A stretch of DNA of 64,000 nucleotides from Candidatus Krumholzibacteriia bacterium (GTDB lineage: Bacteria; Krumholzibacteriota; Krumholzibacteriia; JAJRXK01). The DNA lies in assembly GCA_041484665.1 (NCBI GenBank), contig JBGPIA010000007.1, forward strand, positions 1 through 64,000, written 5' to 3'. Below the pieces are notes generated by a model that saw only the letters and a program-made list of their open reading frames with translations, searched no databases and was not told the DNA's origin. Shown one piece after another: positions 1 to 8,976 of this stretch (position 1 is its first letter; each line of letters starts with the position of its first letter). The translations under genes and the position numbers were made by a program.

Positions 1-241
1 CCGCGGCGAACTCCGTGAAGGTGCGGTAGCCCGGCCTGGCCGGCGCGCTCTCGCGCAGCAGGGCGAGCAGCCCGTCCTCGACCTCCGCGCGCACGCGCTG
101 CAGGCGCGGGACCTGGCGCTTGAGCCAGGCGTAAAGCACGTAGGCCGCCCGGCGCGTGGGATGGAAGCGGTCCAACTTCCAGACGGAGGCGGTGGCCGTG
201 GGCTGACCGGCAGCGCCCAGCGTCGTGACCACACCCGACAT
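1..241 (-). CDS. Hypothetical protein, 5' part only (runs off the left edge)
   Basis: ATG at 241 opens an uninterrupted frame MSGVVTTLGAAGQPTATASVWKLDRFHPTRRAAYVLYAWLKRQ... to the edge. Same strand as, and 50 bp downstream of, the hemerythrin gene. No family recognised. Confidence 0.5.
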   Translation of the reverse strand, partial: MSGVVTTLGAAGQPTATASVWKLDRFHPTRRAAYVLYAWLKRQVPRLQRVRAEVEDGLLALLRESAPARPGYRTFTEFAA

Positions 242-290
242 CGCGGCAGCGCCTACCGCGCGCGGGCAGCGGGCGGCGTGACGCCCCGAT

Positions 291-971
291 TCAGCCCACC
301 AGCAGCTTGACGACGAGCTCGCCCAAGGCCCGCTCGTCGAGCATCCGGTCCGTTTGGGGGTAGAGGATCTGCTCCTCCTTGGCGTTGTGGTCGCTCAGCA
401 CTCCCAGCAGCACGGTGCGGCAACGGGTGACCTCATCCAGATCTCCGTCCTTGGCGCCGCACACCATGCCATCGACGGCCACCTTGATGTCGAGGTGCTC
501 GTGGCGCATCACCATGGTCGGACCGCGCTCGAACATCCCCGTCGCCTCCTCGAACGCCGGGAACAGGATCCCTTCCTCGATCTCGATGTGGCGGAACAAG
601 CCGTGGCGGAAGTCCTCCAGCAACACGCGGACGCTGGACCAGTCGCCCTCGCGGGCGTGGCCCAGGGCACGCTCGAGCATGCCGTCGAGGCGGTCGTGGT
701 CCCAGCCGAGGTAGTCGGTGACGGTCCGGGCCTGGGGGTTCTCCCGGGCGACGATCTCGTAGCGCCAGACGCCTGGCCCGCGCTCCAGCGGCGAGAAGTC
801 ATAGCGCAGAGGAAACTCCTCGATGAGTTTCTGCAGCAGCTGATCGGGCGCGTGCGGCGCGATCAGGACCAGGCTCTCGCCGTCGCGCATCGCCTGCAGC
901 AGCTGCAGGATCGTCGACAGCCGTGTCTCCACGGGAATGCTGCGCGCGTCGACGACAGTTGGTCCGCTCAT
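291..971 (-). CDS. DUF2249 + hemerythrin (HHE cation-binding) domain protein
   Basis: Start trimmed to ATG 971 (AAGGAG RBS). N-terminal VDARSIP...APHAP..L...GPGVWRYEI resembles DUF2249. C-terminal DHDRLD, RHIEIEEGILFP, MRHEH, DHNAKEEQILYP is the hemerythrin/HHE pattern. Confidence 0.85.
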   Translation of the reverse strand: MSGPTVVDARSIPVETRLSTILQLLQAMRDGESLVLIAPHAPDQLLQKLIEEFPLRYDFSPLERGPGVWRYEIVARENPQARTVTDYLGWDHDRLDGMLERALGHAREGDWSSVRVLLEDFRHGLFRHIEIEEGILFPAFEEATGMFERGPTMVMRHEHLDIKVAVDGMVCGAKDGDLDEVTRCRTVLLGVLSDHNAKEEQILYPQTDRMLDERALGELVVKLLVG

Positions 972-1089
972 GGCGACTCCTTGGGAAAAGGTGATGGGCG
1001 CGGCCGGGCTGCGAAGCTGCGGCTGAAGACGCGCGATCGCCGAGCTGGCGTCCGGCCAAACGCCCAGCCCCGCTGCCAGCCCAAAGCTG

Positions 1090-1830
1090 TTACATATACT
1101 GGCCACCGTCCACCTGGACGATCTGGCCCGTGATGTGGCGTGCCAGGTCGCCGGCCAGGAACAGCACAGCGCCGGCCACATCCGCTGGTTGCGCGAGCCG
1201 TCCCAGCGCGGTCTCCTGCAGCGCGGCCACTCGTGCGTCTGCGGGCAAGGTCGCGGTCATCTCGGTCTCCACCATCCCCGGAGCCACGGCGTTGACGCGC
1301 ACTCCGAAGCGGCCAAGCTCGCGGGCGACGGTCTTGGTGAGAGCGATCAGCCCCGCCTTCGCGGCGCTGTAGTTCGCTTGCCCGAACTTGCCGCGCAGGC
1401 CGTTGATCGACGCGATATTGATGATGCTCCCGCCCCTTCCGTGGGCGCGCATAAGCGGGGCCGCGTGGTGGATCAGGTTGAACGCACCCTTGAGATCGAC
1501 GCGCAGCACGGAGTCCCACTGCTCCTCGGTCATCTTCCATATGACGGCGTCGCGCGCGATCCCAGCGTTGTTCACGAGGATGTCGGGCGCAAGCGAGCGG
1601 GACGCCAGGTCGCGGGTAGCCTTCTCGACGGCGGGAAAGTCCCCGACATCGAGCGCGACGAAGGTCTGGGCGATTCCTTCGAGGGCCGTAGAGCCCCGCA
1701 GGTCCACGGCGACGACCGACGCGCCCTGCTCGGCCAAGAGCCGCGCGCACGCCAGCCCGATGCCGCGGCTCGCGCCCGTCACCCAGGCGATGCGGCCGCG
1801 CAGCGACAGCAGCTCAGGCGGCACGGGCAT
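1090..1830 (-). CDS. Short-chain dehydrogenase/reductase (FabG-like 3-oxoacyl reductase family)
   Basis: TGASRGIG, NNAGI, catalytic YSAAK, NAVAPG motifs. Start overlaps the end of bcrD. Confidence 0.9.
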   Translation of the reverse strand: MPVPPELLSLRGRIAWVTGASRGIGLACARLLAEQGASVVAVDLRGSTALEGIAQTFVALDVGDFPAVEKATRDLASRSLAPDILVNNAGIARDAVIWKMTEEQWDSVLRVDLKGAFNLIHHAAPLMRAHGRGGSIINIASINGLRGKFGQANYSAAKAGLIALTKTVARELGRFGVRVNAVAPGMVETEMTATLPADARVAALQETALGRLAQPADVAGAVLFLAGDLARHITGQIVQVDGGQYM

Positions 1831-2812
1831 CGAACTTCTCCTCTGCCAGCTTGTGGTGGCGAAACGCGCCCCACAGCGCCGCTCCGATGGCTCCGCCGTG
1901 GACCGACATCTGGTGGGTGCGGACCTCCACGTTCGCCCCGCCGTCCTTGAGGCGTTGGACGAGCGAGGCCCGTAGCCCCGCGTCGGCCGACAGCCCGCCG
2001 GTCATCAGCAGCACGCCGTGGATGCGGCTGGCGCGGATCAAGGCCGCCAGCCGCGCGCTCATGGAGTCGTGGATGCCGCGCAGGATGTTGGGCGTGCTGA
2101 TCCCCCGCGACACCATGTTGATCACGTCGGTCTCGGCCAGCACGGCGCAGATGCTGGAGCACTTCTCCGCGTTGTCCGACTTCTGCGAAAGCTCGCCGAT
2201 CTCCTCAAGCGCCACGCCCAGATAGCGCGCGATGTTCTCGAGGAACTGCCCGCTGCCCGAGGCGCACTGCGACGTCATGTTGTACTGGAGCACACGCCCG
2301 CGCTCGTCGAAGCGCACGGCTCGGGTGTGCAGGGCGCCGATGTCCAGCGCGCCCCGCGCCTGTGGCTCGAGGAAAAGCGCGCCGCGCGCGTGGGTGGTCA
2401 TGCCGTAGAAGTGGCCTGTGCGCCAGGGGATGTTGTCCCCTTCGCCGGTGGTCGCGATGTAGTCGAGCTCATCGCGGCGAACGCCGGCCTGGCGCAAAGC
2501 CGCCTCGAAGCATTCCTCGACCACGGGCAGCACATCGCGCCGACGGACGCGCTCGAGGTAGCAGGCGAGCAGCTCCTCGCGCTGGCCGGTGCGACCTGCG
2601 CCGCCGCCCCCGGCATCAGGGGCGTCTGCGGAGTGGCCCGCACCGCCGGGAGCGGGGCCGTGGCCGGGCTCGGCTTGGCCCGTGGCGGGGGCGTCAGGGG
2701 CGAACGAGGCGCTGGGGGCGCCAGCAGCGCCCATCGCGCCGTTCTCCCCCACGCGCGTGATAGCAACCTTGACGGCTCCCGTGCCGACGTCGATGCCAGC
2801 AGTCAGCGCCAT
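1814..2812 (-). CDS. bcrD: Benzoyl-CoA reductase subunit D (ASKHA ATPase)
   Basis: GIDVGTGAVK, MTTHARGA, DIGALH, MTSQCASGSGQFLENIARYLG, SICAVLAETDVINMVSRG. Start trimmed to ATG 2812 behind GGAGG. Carries a ~55-aa Gly/Ala/Pro insertion. Confidence 0.92.
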   Translation of the reverse strand: MALTAGIDVGTGAVKVAITRVGENGAMGAAGAPSASFAPDAPATGQAEPGHGPAPGGAGHSADAPDAGGGGAGRTGQREELLACYLERVRRRDVLPVVEECFEAALRQAGVRRDELDYIATTGEGDNIPWRTGHFYGMTTHARGALFLEPQARGALDIGALHTRAVRFDERGRVLQYNMTSQCASGSGQFLENIARYLGVALEEIGELSQKSDNAEKCSSICAVLAETDVINMVSRGISTPNILRGIHDSMSARLAALIRASRIHGVLLMTGGLSADAGLRASLVQRLKDGGANVEVRTHQMSVHGGAIGAALWGAFRHHKLAEEKFDARAA

Positions 2813-2912
2813 GTTTCCTCCCCGCGACCGTTCTCGTCGCGCCGCTGCCGGGCGGTTCCCTCGCGCCAGCGCGCGAGTGAGCACCATGCCGCGACCGCCG
2901 CTCGAGCCCGCA

Positions 2913-4229
2913 TCATGCAGCCGCCGCCGCCACGGCGTCGCGCAGCGCGAAGGTCGCCGCGCCGATCGCGCCCGTATAGATGGAGTCGGGCGCGATGTTG
3001 AGCCGCAGCGGCCCGTAGTTCTCGTCGATCAGCTCGCGCAACGCCTTCACCGCCGCTGGGTTCTTGGCCACCCCGCCCGTGAAGGTGAACTCGTCGCGCA
3101 CACCTCCCGAGCGCGCCAGGAGCGCCATGGCGCGCAGGATGATGGCGCGGTGCAACCCCGCCACGATGTCCTCGCGCGCGTCGCCCGCCGCGAGGCGGTC
3201 GCGGAACTCCGCCCCGGCGAACACGGTGCAGGTCGAGGCGATCTTCACGCGCCGCTTGGCCAAGAGCGCCATCGGGCCCAACTCGTGCAACCCGATGCCC
3301 ATCTCGTCGGCGATATAACCCAGGTAGCGCCCGCACCCTGCGGCGCAGCGATCGTTCATCTGGAAGCTCGTCACCACTCCCCGCTCGTCGACCTGGATCG
3401 CCTTGGTGTCCTGGCCGCCGATGTCCAACACCGTGCGAGTGCCCGCAAACATGAGGTGCGCCCCCAGACCGTGGCAGAGGATCTCGCTGCGGATCTGCTC
3501 CTTGGGGAAGGGCAGCCGCACGCGCCCGTAGCCCGTTCCCACGGTTCGCACCTCGCGCAGCACGAGGCCGGCCGTGCGCCGCAGCAGGTCGTGCACGCGC
3601 GCCTCATCCTGGGGGAAGCGCGGCCGCACGCGCGCGTACGCGGCGAGCAACCGTTCTTCGAAGGAGCGGGTCTCGGGCTCGTTCTCCACGGGGATGATGT
3701 TCTTGTCGAACAGCCCCACCAGCCGGTCGAACGGCGGGCCACCGCCGCGGGAGATGTCGGAAGCGAACTCGATGTACGCCGAGCCGGCCAGGTCGCGGAA
3801 GAAGTCCGAGCGGACGTTCACGCCGGGCCGGAAGGCCTCCGTGGAGAAGGCGCGCAGGCGCTGCAGGATGACGGTCAGGGCATCTCCCAGCGGAAGGGCC
3901 AGGTCACCGTAGCGCCCGTGGACGAGGTCGTGACGGCAGTGGCTCTCGAGGCGGTCGAGCTGGCCCAGGAATCCCTCCAGCGCGAACGCGCTGGTGATCT
4001 CGCTCTCGAACTCCTCGCGCCGCCCGTCGAACAGGTTCTCTGCGTGCAGGGCCCTCGAGAGCAGGTGGAAACGCACGTTGACCAGGGCCTCGGTCCTGGC
4101 CACCTGTGCGGCGACATCGTAGTTGCTGCGGCTGTTGGTGATGCCACGGCCGGCGATCCCGCCGTGATCGTCGAGCACGACCGCCTTGGTGGTGGTGGAG
4201 CCGAGATCGATGCCGATGAAGCAGTCCAT
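2913..4229 (-). CDS. bcrA: Benzoyl-CoA reductase subunit A (ASKHA ATPase)
   Basis: 438 aa. GIDLGSTTTKAV, TGYGR, SEILCHGLGAH, DIGGQDTKAI, MNDRCAAGCGRYL, STCTVFAGAE. Confidence 0.93.
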   Translation of the reverse strand: MDCFIGIDLGSTTTKAVVLDDHGGIAGRGITNSRSNYDVAAQVARTEALVNVRFHLLSRALHAENLFDGRREEFESEITSAFALEGFLGQLDRLESHCRHDLVHGRYGDLALPLGDALTVILQRLRAFSTEAFRPGVNVRSDFFRDLAGSAYIEFASDISRGGGPPFDRLVGLFDKNIIPVENEPETRSFEERLLAAYARVRPRFPQDEARVHDLLRRTAGLVLREVRTVGTGYGRVRLPFPKEQIRSEILCHGLGAHLMFAGTRTVLDIGGQDTKAIQVDERGVVTSFQMNDRCAAGCGRYLGYIADEMGIGLHELGPMALLAKRRVKIASTCTVFAGAEFRDRLAAGDAREDIVAGLHRAIILRAMALLARSGGVRDEFTFTGGVAKNPAAVKALRELIDENYGPLRLNIAPDSIYTGAIGAATFALRDAVAAAAA

Positions 4230-4367
4230 CGTGTCTCCCCGCGTCCCGACCGCCGCCTGCGCCGCGTCAGTTCCTGCGTCGCAGCGCGCGACGGTCGCGA
4301 TCCTGCGTCGCTTTCCGCGACGCGCACCGTGTCTCCCCGCGCGCGCACCGCCGCCCGGCGTTCGCGT

Positions 4368-5642
4368 CTACGTCGGTCCGCGCTTGGCCTGCAGCATCTG
4401 GAAGTAGGACTCCAGGCGGTTCTTGATATTGGCCGGCGAGAAGTAGCGCGGATCCACGAGGTCGGACTCGAGGAACCCGCCGGCCTTGCCGGTGCGGCGC
4501 TCCAGCTCGCGCAGGATCAAGAGCTGCCCTGCCGAGAACGAGTTGCACGACTTCACCGAGTTGATCAGGAACCCGTCGGCCTGGTACTCCTCGATGTAGC
4601 TCTCCAAGAGGGCGATGCGCTGTGGGAAGTTGAGGTTGGTGTAGCAACCCATGCAATACTCGGCCAGCGAGTCGATGGCCCGCGCCGGATCATGGCGGAA
4701 TCCGCGGTCATACAGACCGCCCACCTTGGAGTAGGTCGAGGCGACCACCACGGCGCCCTCCTCGTAGAACATCCGCCAGAACTCCCGGAAATGGGTCCAG
4801 TTCGGCGGCCCCTCCACCACGATCCGGTAACGCTCCTCGTGCATCTGCCCGTCGGGGGTGAGCGGCCCCTCACCGCGGTCGAGACGCTCCTGCACCTCGC
4901 CGCGTAGCATCCTGTAGTAGTCGATGGCGTCCGGCGTGCCGCGGAACGAGGTGAACACCGGACCGATGTAGTAGACGCCGCCGAAGTACGCGTCGATGGG
5001 CGACGGCTTGCGCTTGGCCGACTCCAGCACCCAGACCAGATCGTCTTCGGCCGCGCAGGACAGACGCAGCGCGTCGCGCAGCCGGTCCTCGTCGAAGCGT
5101 TTCCCCGAGATGTGCTCGAGCTGCGGGATCACCTTCTCGCGTAGCTGGTCGACGACGTAGCGGCGCATCTGCGGCGTGATCGCGCCGTCCCCCTGATAGG
5201 GCACGTGGAGCATGATCACGGGGCAGTCGTACTCCTCGCGCAGCAGCTCGAACCATTTCATGAAGGTGAAGCAGCCGGTGTAGCTCAACAACAGTACGTC
5301 GGGCTTGGGCAAGGGCAGCCCGGTCGGTCCGATGTTGCCCGCCTTGAGCATCCCGATGTCGGTCTTCACGTAGGTACACACGTCCTCGGAGTGCCCCGCC
5401 TTCTCGGCGAGGGAGATGTACTCCGCGGACTTACCCCGCATGCCCGACTGCAAGGCGTTGATCTCGGGCAGCACGGGGAGCATATCGAAGTTGGCGATCA
5501 GCTCGGTCAGGTTGCCGGGCACGAAGGTGTAGACGACCTTGCGGCCGGCCGCGGGCGCCTCCGCCAGCTTCTGGAAATGACTGCCGATCATCTCCTTCTG
5601 CTTCTGCATGCTGGCATCCTTGGCGATATCGACCTGACTCAT
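4368..5642 (-). CDS. bcrB: Benzoyl-CoA reductase subunit B (2-hydroxyacyl-CoA dehydratase fold)
   Basis: TFVPGNLTELI, GHSEDVCTYVK, SYTGCFTFMKWFE, SVKSCNSFSAGQ, ESDLVDPRYFS. ATG 5642 overlaps the bcrC stop (ATGA). Confidence 0.93.
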   Translation of the reverse strand: MSQVDIAKDASMQKQKEMIGSHFQKLAEAPAAGRKVVYTFVPGNLTELIANFDMLPVLPEINALQSGMRGKSAEYISLAEKAGHSEDVCTYVKTDIGMLKAGNIGPTGLPLPKPDVLLLSYTGCFTFMKWFELLREEYDCPVIMLHVPYQGDGAITPQMRRYVVDQLREKVIPQLEHISGKRFDEDRLRDALRLSCAAEDDLVWVLESAKRKPSPIDAYFGGVYYIGPVFTSFRGTPDAIDYYRMLRGEVQERLDRGEGPLTPDGQMHEERYRIVVEGPPNWTHFREFWRMFYEEGAVVVASTYSKVGGLYDRGFRHDPARAIDSLAEYCMGCYTNLNFPQRIALLESYIEEYQADGFLINSVKSCNSFSAGQLLILRELERRTGKAGGFLESDLVDPRYFSPANIKNRLESYFQMLQAKRGPT

Positions 5643-6931
5643 ACGGCCCCCCACAGCTTGACGGAGTCGGCGAAGGTGCCGGCCTGCTCGCGGATCACCT
5701 GGAACTGCCCGGTGTCCTCCGAGTACTTCAACGTCGTGAACGGGATGCCCTCCTGCTCCAGCGCCTTCTGCAGCATCGGCTGGTCGAGCAGCGCCGGATC
5801 GCAGAAGCTGGGCGCCACGAGGATCACGCCGTGCACGTTCCCCGCGCGCACGCGCTGCACGAGGTCGGCGCCCTTGGTGCCGCGCGCGTCGTACTTCGAC
5901 GCGGTGGGCAGCGACTGCTCCATGTAGCCGCGGATCAGGCTCTCGATCGGGTCGCAAGCCTCGTCGAGGGGCTCGGGGATGAAGCGCGCGCCCAGCACCA
6001 GATCATCGTCGACGACGTAGCAACCGGCGCGCTCCAGCGTGCGCAGGAGTCCCAGCGGAGGCTGCTCGCAGAACGCCCCGCGCACGAGCACGCGGATGTT
6101 GTCCAGGGGATGCCGCTGCGCCGCCTCGGCCAGCGCGAGGTACTCGCCGACCAGGCCGGTGTGCTCCTCCACCGGCAACACGTAGCCGGCCCGCAGCAGC
6201 AAGGCGTACTCGGTGGTCGGGACCTCCCACGGGCGCGCGGCGCGGCGCGCGAACAGGCGCTCGATGGCGGCCCGATTGAGGTTGTACGCGCGGATCGAGG
6301 CGCGCAGGTCCTCGTCGGCCGGGCACCTGCCGGTCAGGCGGGAGACTTCGTCCCGGATGAGCTCGAGCTCGTGGCGGTAGAAACGCCCACCCAGGCGCGG
6401 GTCGAAGTCCTGCGGCAGGTCGAGATAGTGGATGAAGCGGTCGGGGAGCAGCAGCTTGAACATCCCCGACAGATTGCGGATGACGTCGCAGATGCTCGGG
6501 AACAGGAAGCCATCCAGCGCGTCCAGCCGCCCGCTGAGGGCCAGCTCGATGACGCTGCGGGGCAGGTGGCAGATGTAGGACTGGAAGTAGCTGTCGCCGC
6601 GCACGATCTCGAGGCGGTCGCCACCGCCCAGGATTCCCACCGGGAGCGCTCCGCAGGCGTGGATCACCTCGCGCGGTACGTAGATGGGCAGGAAACCGAT
6701 GGCCTTGCGCGCGGGATCCTCCGCCTTCCAGCGGCGCACGGCCTGGAAGTCCAGGTCCTCGTAGAGGGACTGGAGACCGGCGATCAGGGCGTCCAGGCGG
6801 GCCCGTGCGTCCTGTGCCACGGCCGCTGCGGCCGGCGGGCCCGCTTTCGCCGCACCGCTTGCCGCCGCGCTCACCCCTGCCACCGCCGCGCTCGCGGCTG
6901 TCACTGCCGCTGCCGCCGTGCCGGGGCGCAT
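5639..6931 (-). CDS. bcrC: Benzoyl-CoA reductase subunit C
   Basis: GDSYFQSYICHLPRS, FPSICDVIRNLSG, GAFCEQPP, APSFCDPALL, KYSEDTGQFQVIREQAGTFADSVKLW. ATG 6931 overlaps the dch stop (TGATG). Ala-rich N-terminal extension makes the start uncertain. Confidence 0.92.
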   Translation of the reverse strand: MRPGTAAAAVTAASAAVAGVSAAASGAAKAGPPAAAAVAQDARARLDALIAGLQSLYEDLDFQAVRRWKAEDPARKAIGFLPIYVPREVIHACGALPVGILGGGDRLEIVRGDSYFQSYICHLPRSVIELALSGRLDALDGFLFPSICDVIRNLSGMFKLLLPDRFIHYLDLPQDFDPRLGGRFYRHELELIRDEVSRLTGRCPADEDLRASIRAYNLNRAAIERLFARRAARPWEVPTTEYALLLRAGYVLPVEEHTGLVGEYLALAEAAQRHPLDNIRVLVRGAFCEQPPLGLLRTLERAGCYVVDDDLVLGARFIPEPLDEACDPIESLIRGYMEQSLPTASKYDARGTKGADLVQRVRAGNVHGVILVAPSFCDPALLDQPMLQKALEQEGIPFTTLKYSEDTGQFQVIREQAGTFADSVKLWGAV

Positions 6932-7701
6932 CACGCGTCCGTCCAGCGCGGGGGCCGGCGTTGCAGGAACGCCTCGATCCCCTCGTTGGCGTCGTGGGTG
7001 GGCAGCAGCTCGTCGAGATAGGCGCGCTCTGCCTCCTGCATGCGCAGATCGAGATTGTGCAGCAGATGGCGGCGGGTCTGGAGCGTTGCCAGCCGCAGGC
7101 TCGACGCCGACAGGCCGGCGAGCGTCTCCTGGAACCACGCCTGCGCGCCCGCGAAGAGCTGCTCGGCGGGCACGCAACGCAGCACGAAGCCGAGCGCGCG
7201 CAGCTCCTCGCCTTCGACCTGCTCGCCGGTGAGGATCATCCGGTCGGCGACCGTCTGGGTGAGCTTGCGCGGCAGGAGCACCGCGGCCACCGGTGGGAAC
7301 ACGCCCAGCTTGATCTCGGGCAAGCCCATCTTCGCGTCAGGCGCGGCGAGCACGAAGTGGCAGGCGAGCACCACCTCGAACGCGCCGCCCAGGCAGCAGC
7401 CCTGCACCAGTGCGGCGACCGGCAGGGGCGACCCCGCGATCTGCAGGACCAGCCGGCGCAGGGCGACCAGAGCATCACCGATCTGATCGTGCGTGTGCTC
7501 CTCGACCGCCGCCCCGAACGAGAAGTGCGGCCCCTCCCCTTCGAGCGTGATCAGCTTGCAGTGCGGATCCTGCAGGGCCCGCGCGTGCGTCTGCGCGAGA
7601 GCGCGCACGACGGCCGTCGTATAGATGTTCCCCTTGGGACGGCTCACGATCAGCCGCGCGATGGCGCCCTGGTGGGCCAGCTCGACCCGCACGTCGGACA
7701 T
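6931..7701 (-). CDS. dch: Cyclohexa-1,5-diene-1-carbonyl-CoA hydratase (crotonase family)
   Basis: PKGNI, HFSFGAAVEEH, CLGGAFEVVLAC, GLPEIKLGVFPP, DANEGI. Lies between oah and bcrC. Confidence 0.88.
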   Translation of the reverse strand: MSDVRVELAHQGAIARLIVSRPKGNIYTTAVVRALAQTHARALQDPHCKLITLEGEGPHFSFGAAVEEHTHDQIGDALVALRRLVLQIAGSPLPVAALVQGCCLGGAFEVVLACHFVLAAPDAKMGLPEIKLGVFPPVAAVLLPRKLTQTVADRMILTGEQVEGEELRALGFVLRCVPAEQLFAGAQAWFQETLAGLSASSLRLATLQTRRHLLHNLDLRMQEAERAYLDELLPTHDANEGIEAFLQRRPPRWTDA

Positions 7702-7702
7702 C

Positions 7703-8824
7703 TCACGCCTCCCGGCTGCCGGCGCGCTGTTGCGGCGAGATCTCCCGGATCAGCTCGTCGCTCCAGGGACGCCCTTTGGCCAGCTCGCGGCGCAGCAGCA
7801 GGAAATCCACCTCGCGCCGATCGCGAGACCCCTCGTTGAAGGCGCGGAAACCGGCCTTCGCCTCGGTCATCATATTCAGCGCGAGCCAGGCGCGGTTGGT
7901 CTCGGCGTTGCGCTGCCAGTGCTCGAGCTTCTTCTTGCGCAGCGACTCGACGGTCTTGATCGTGCACTCGGGCATCGTGTTAGCCAGCTTGAAGCAGAGC
8001 CCCTCGACCGCAGCGTCCAGCAGAGCAAGATCGCTGCTCCCGCGCGCCAGCGTCTCCTTCGCCTGCTGCAGCTGCGCGCCCTCGCGCGGCTCGCCGAACA
8101 CGATGTTGCCGCACTCATCCGTCCAGCGCTCGGTGACAACCAGGGGGTTGGCGATGAACTGCCCGTCTACCTTGAGCGCCGGGACCGCCTTCAGGATCAG
8201 CCCCAGCCGCAGCGCCTTGTGCGCCGAGATGGGCTCGCACAGCACGCAGCTCGCCATCGCCTGCTCGATGCCGATATAGAGGTGCAGGAAATCCGTGGCC
8301 CCGCCGTCGGGGGCGGAGCCGTGCTTGGGACCGGCCTGCCCGAAGCGGGCGCTGTCGGCGGCGATGGAGAAATCGCACGCCATGCCGATCTCCTGGCCGC
8401 CGCCCACGCGCATGCCGTTGACCCGGTTGACCACCGGTTTGTCGCAGGTGAGGATGCCCGTGACGGTATCGTTGAACAGCCGCATGTACTGGCGGTACTC
8501 CTGCGGATTGCCGGCGTAGTACTCGGCGTACTCCTTGGTGTTTCCGCCCGTGCAAAAGGCCTTGTCCCCGACGCCGGTGAAGACCACGGCCACGGCCGCG
8601 CGGTCCATCGAGGCCTTGCGGAACGCCAGGATGAGCTCCTTGAGCGCGTCGGTCGTGTAGCTGTTGTGTTGGACAGGGTTGTTGAGCCAGATCCACACAT
8701 CGTGGAGGCCCTCGACCTGGGCTCCGCGCGCGTCCTGGAGCGGCCGATGCTCGTAGAGGATGTGCCGGAACTCGATGCGGTCGATCAGGTCGTGGTTCTT
8801 GAGCTCGCGCGTCTGCACGTCCAT
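7703..8824 (-). CDS. oah: 6-oxocyclohex-1-ene-1-carbonyl-CoA hydrolase (ring-opening)
   Basis: 373 aa. NSYTT, AFCTGGNTKEYAEYYAG, GGGQEIGMACD, QAGPKHGSAPDGGATDFL, WLALNMMTEAKAGFRAFNEG. Confidence 0.93.
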   Translation of the reverse strand: MDVQTRELKNHDLIDRIEFRHILYEHRPLQDARGAQVEGLHDVWIWLNNPVQHNSYTTDALKELILAFRKASMDRAAVAVVFTGVGDKAFCTGGNTKEYAEYYAGNPQEYRQYMRLFNDTVTGILTCDKPVVNRVNGMRVGGGQEIGMACDFSIAADSARFGQAGPKHGSAPDGGATDFLHLYIGIEQAMASCVLCEPISAHKALRLGLILKAVPALKVDGQFIANPLVVTERWTDECGNIVFGEPREGAQLQQAKETLARGSSDLALLDAAVEGLCFKLANTMPECTIKTVESLRKKKLEHWQRNAETNRAWLALNMMTEAKAGFRAFNEGSRDRREVDFLLLRRELAKGRPWSDELIREISPQQRAGSREA

Positions 8825-8861
8825 GGTGCGTATCGCCTCCTCGTTCGAGCATCCTCGACGC

Positions 8862-8948
8862 CGCCGGCGCTGCGTCTTCCCGGCCGCGGTCCTGGCGTCT
8901 CTCCCGCGCCGCGTCGCTGGCGTCTCTCCCGGGTCACGGTCCTGGCGT
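8862..8948. repeat. Degenerate ~24-26 bp tandem repeat in the had-oah gap
   Basis: Core CTGGCGTCTCTCCCG occurs twice, with partial copies on both sides (CTGCGTCTTCCCG, GGTCCTGGCGT). Confidence 0.55.
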
Positions 8949-8976
8949 AATCGGCCAACGCTCGCGACTTGTTGGG

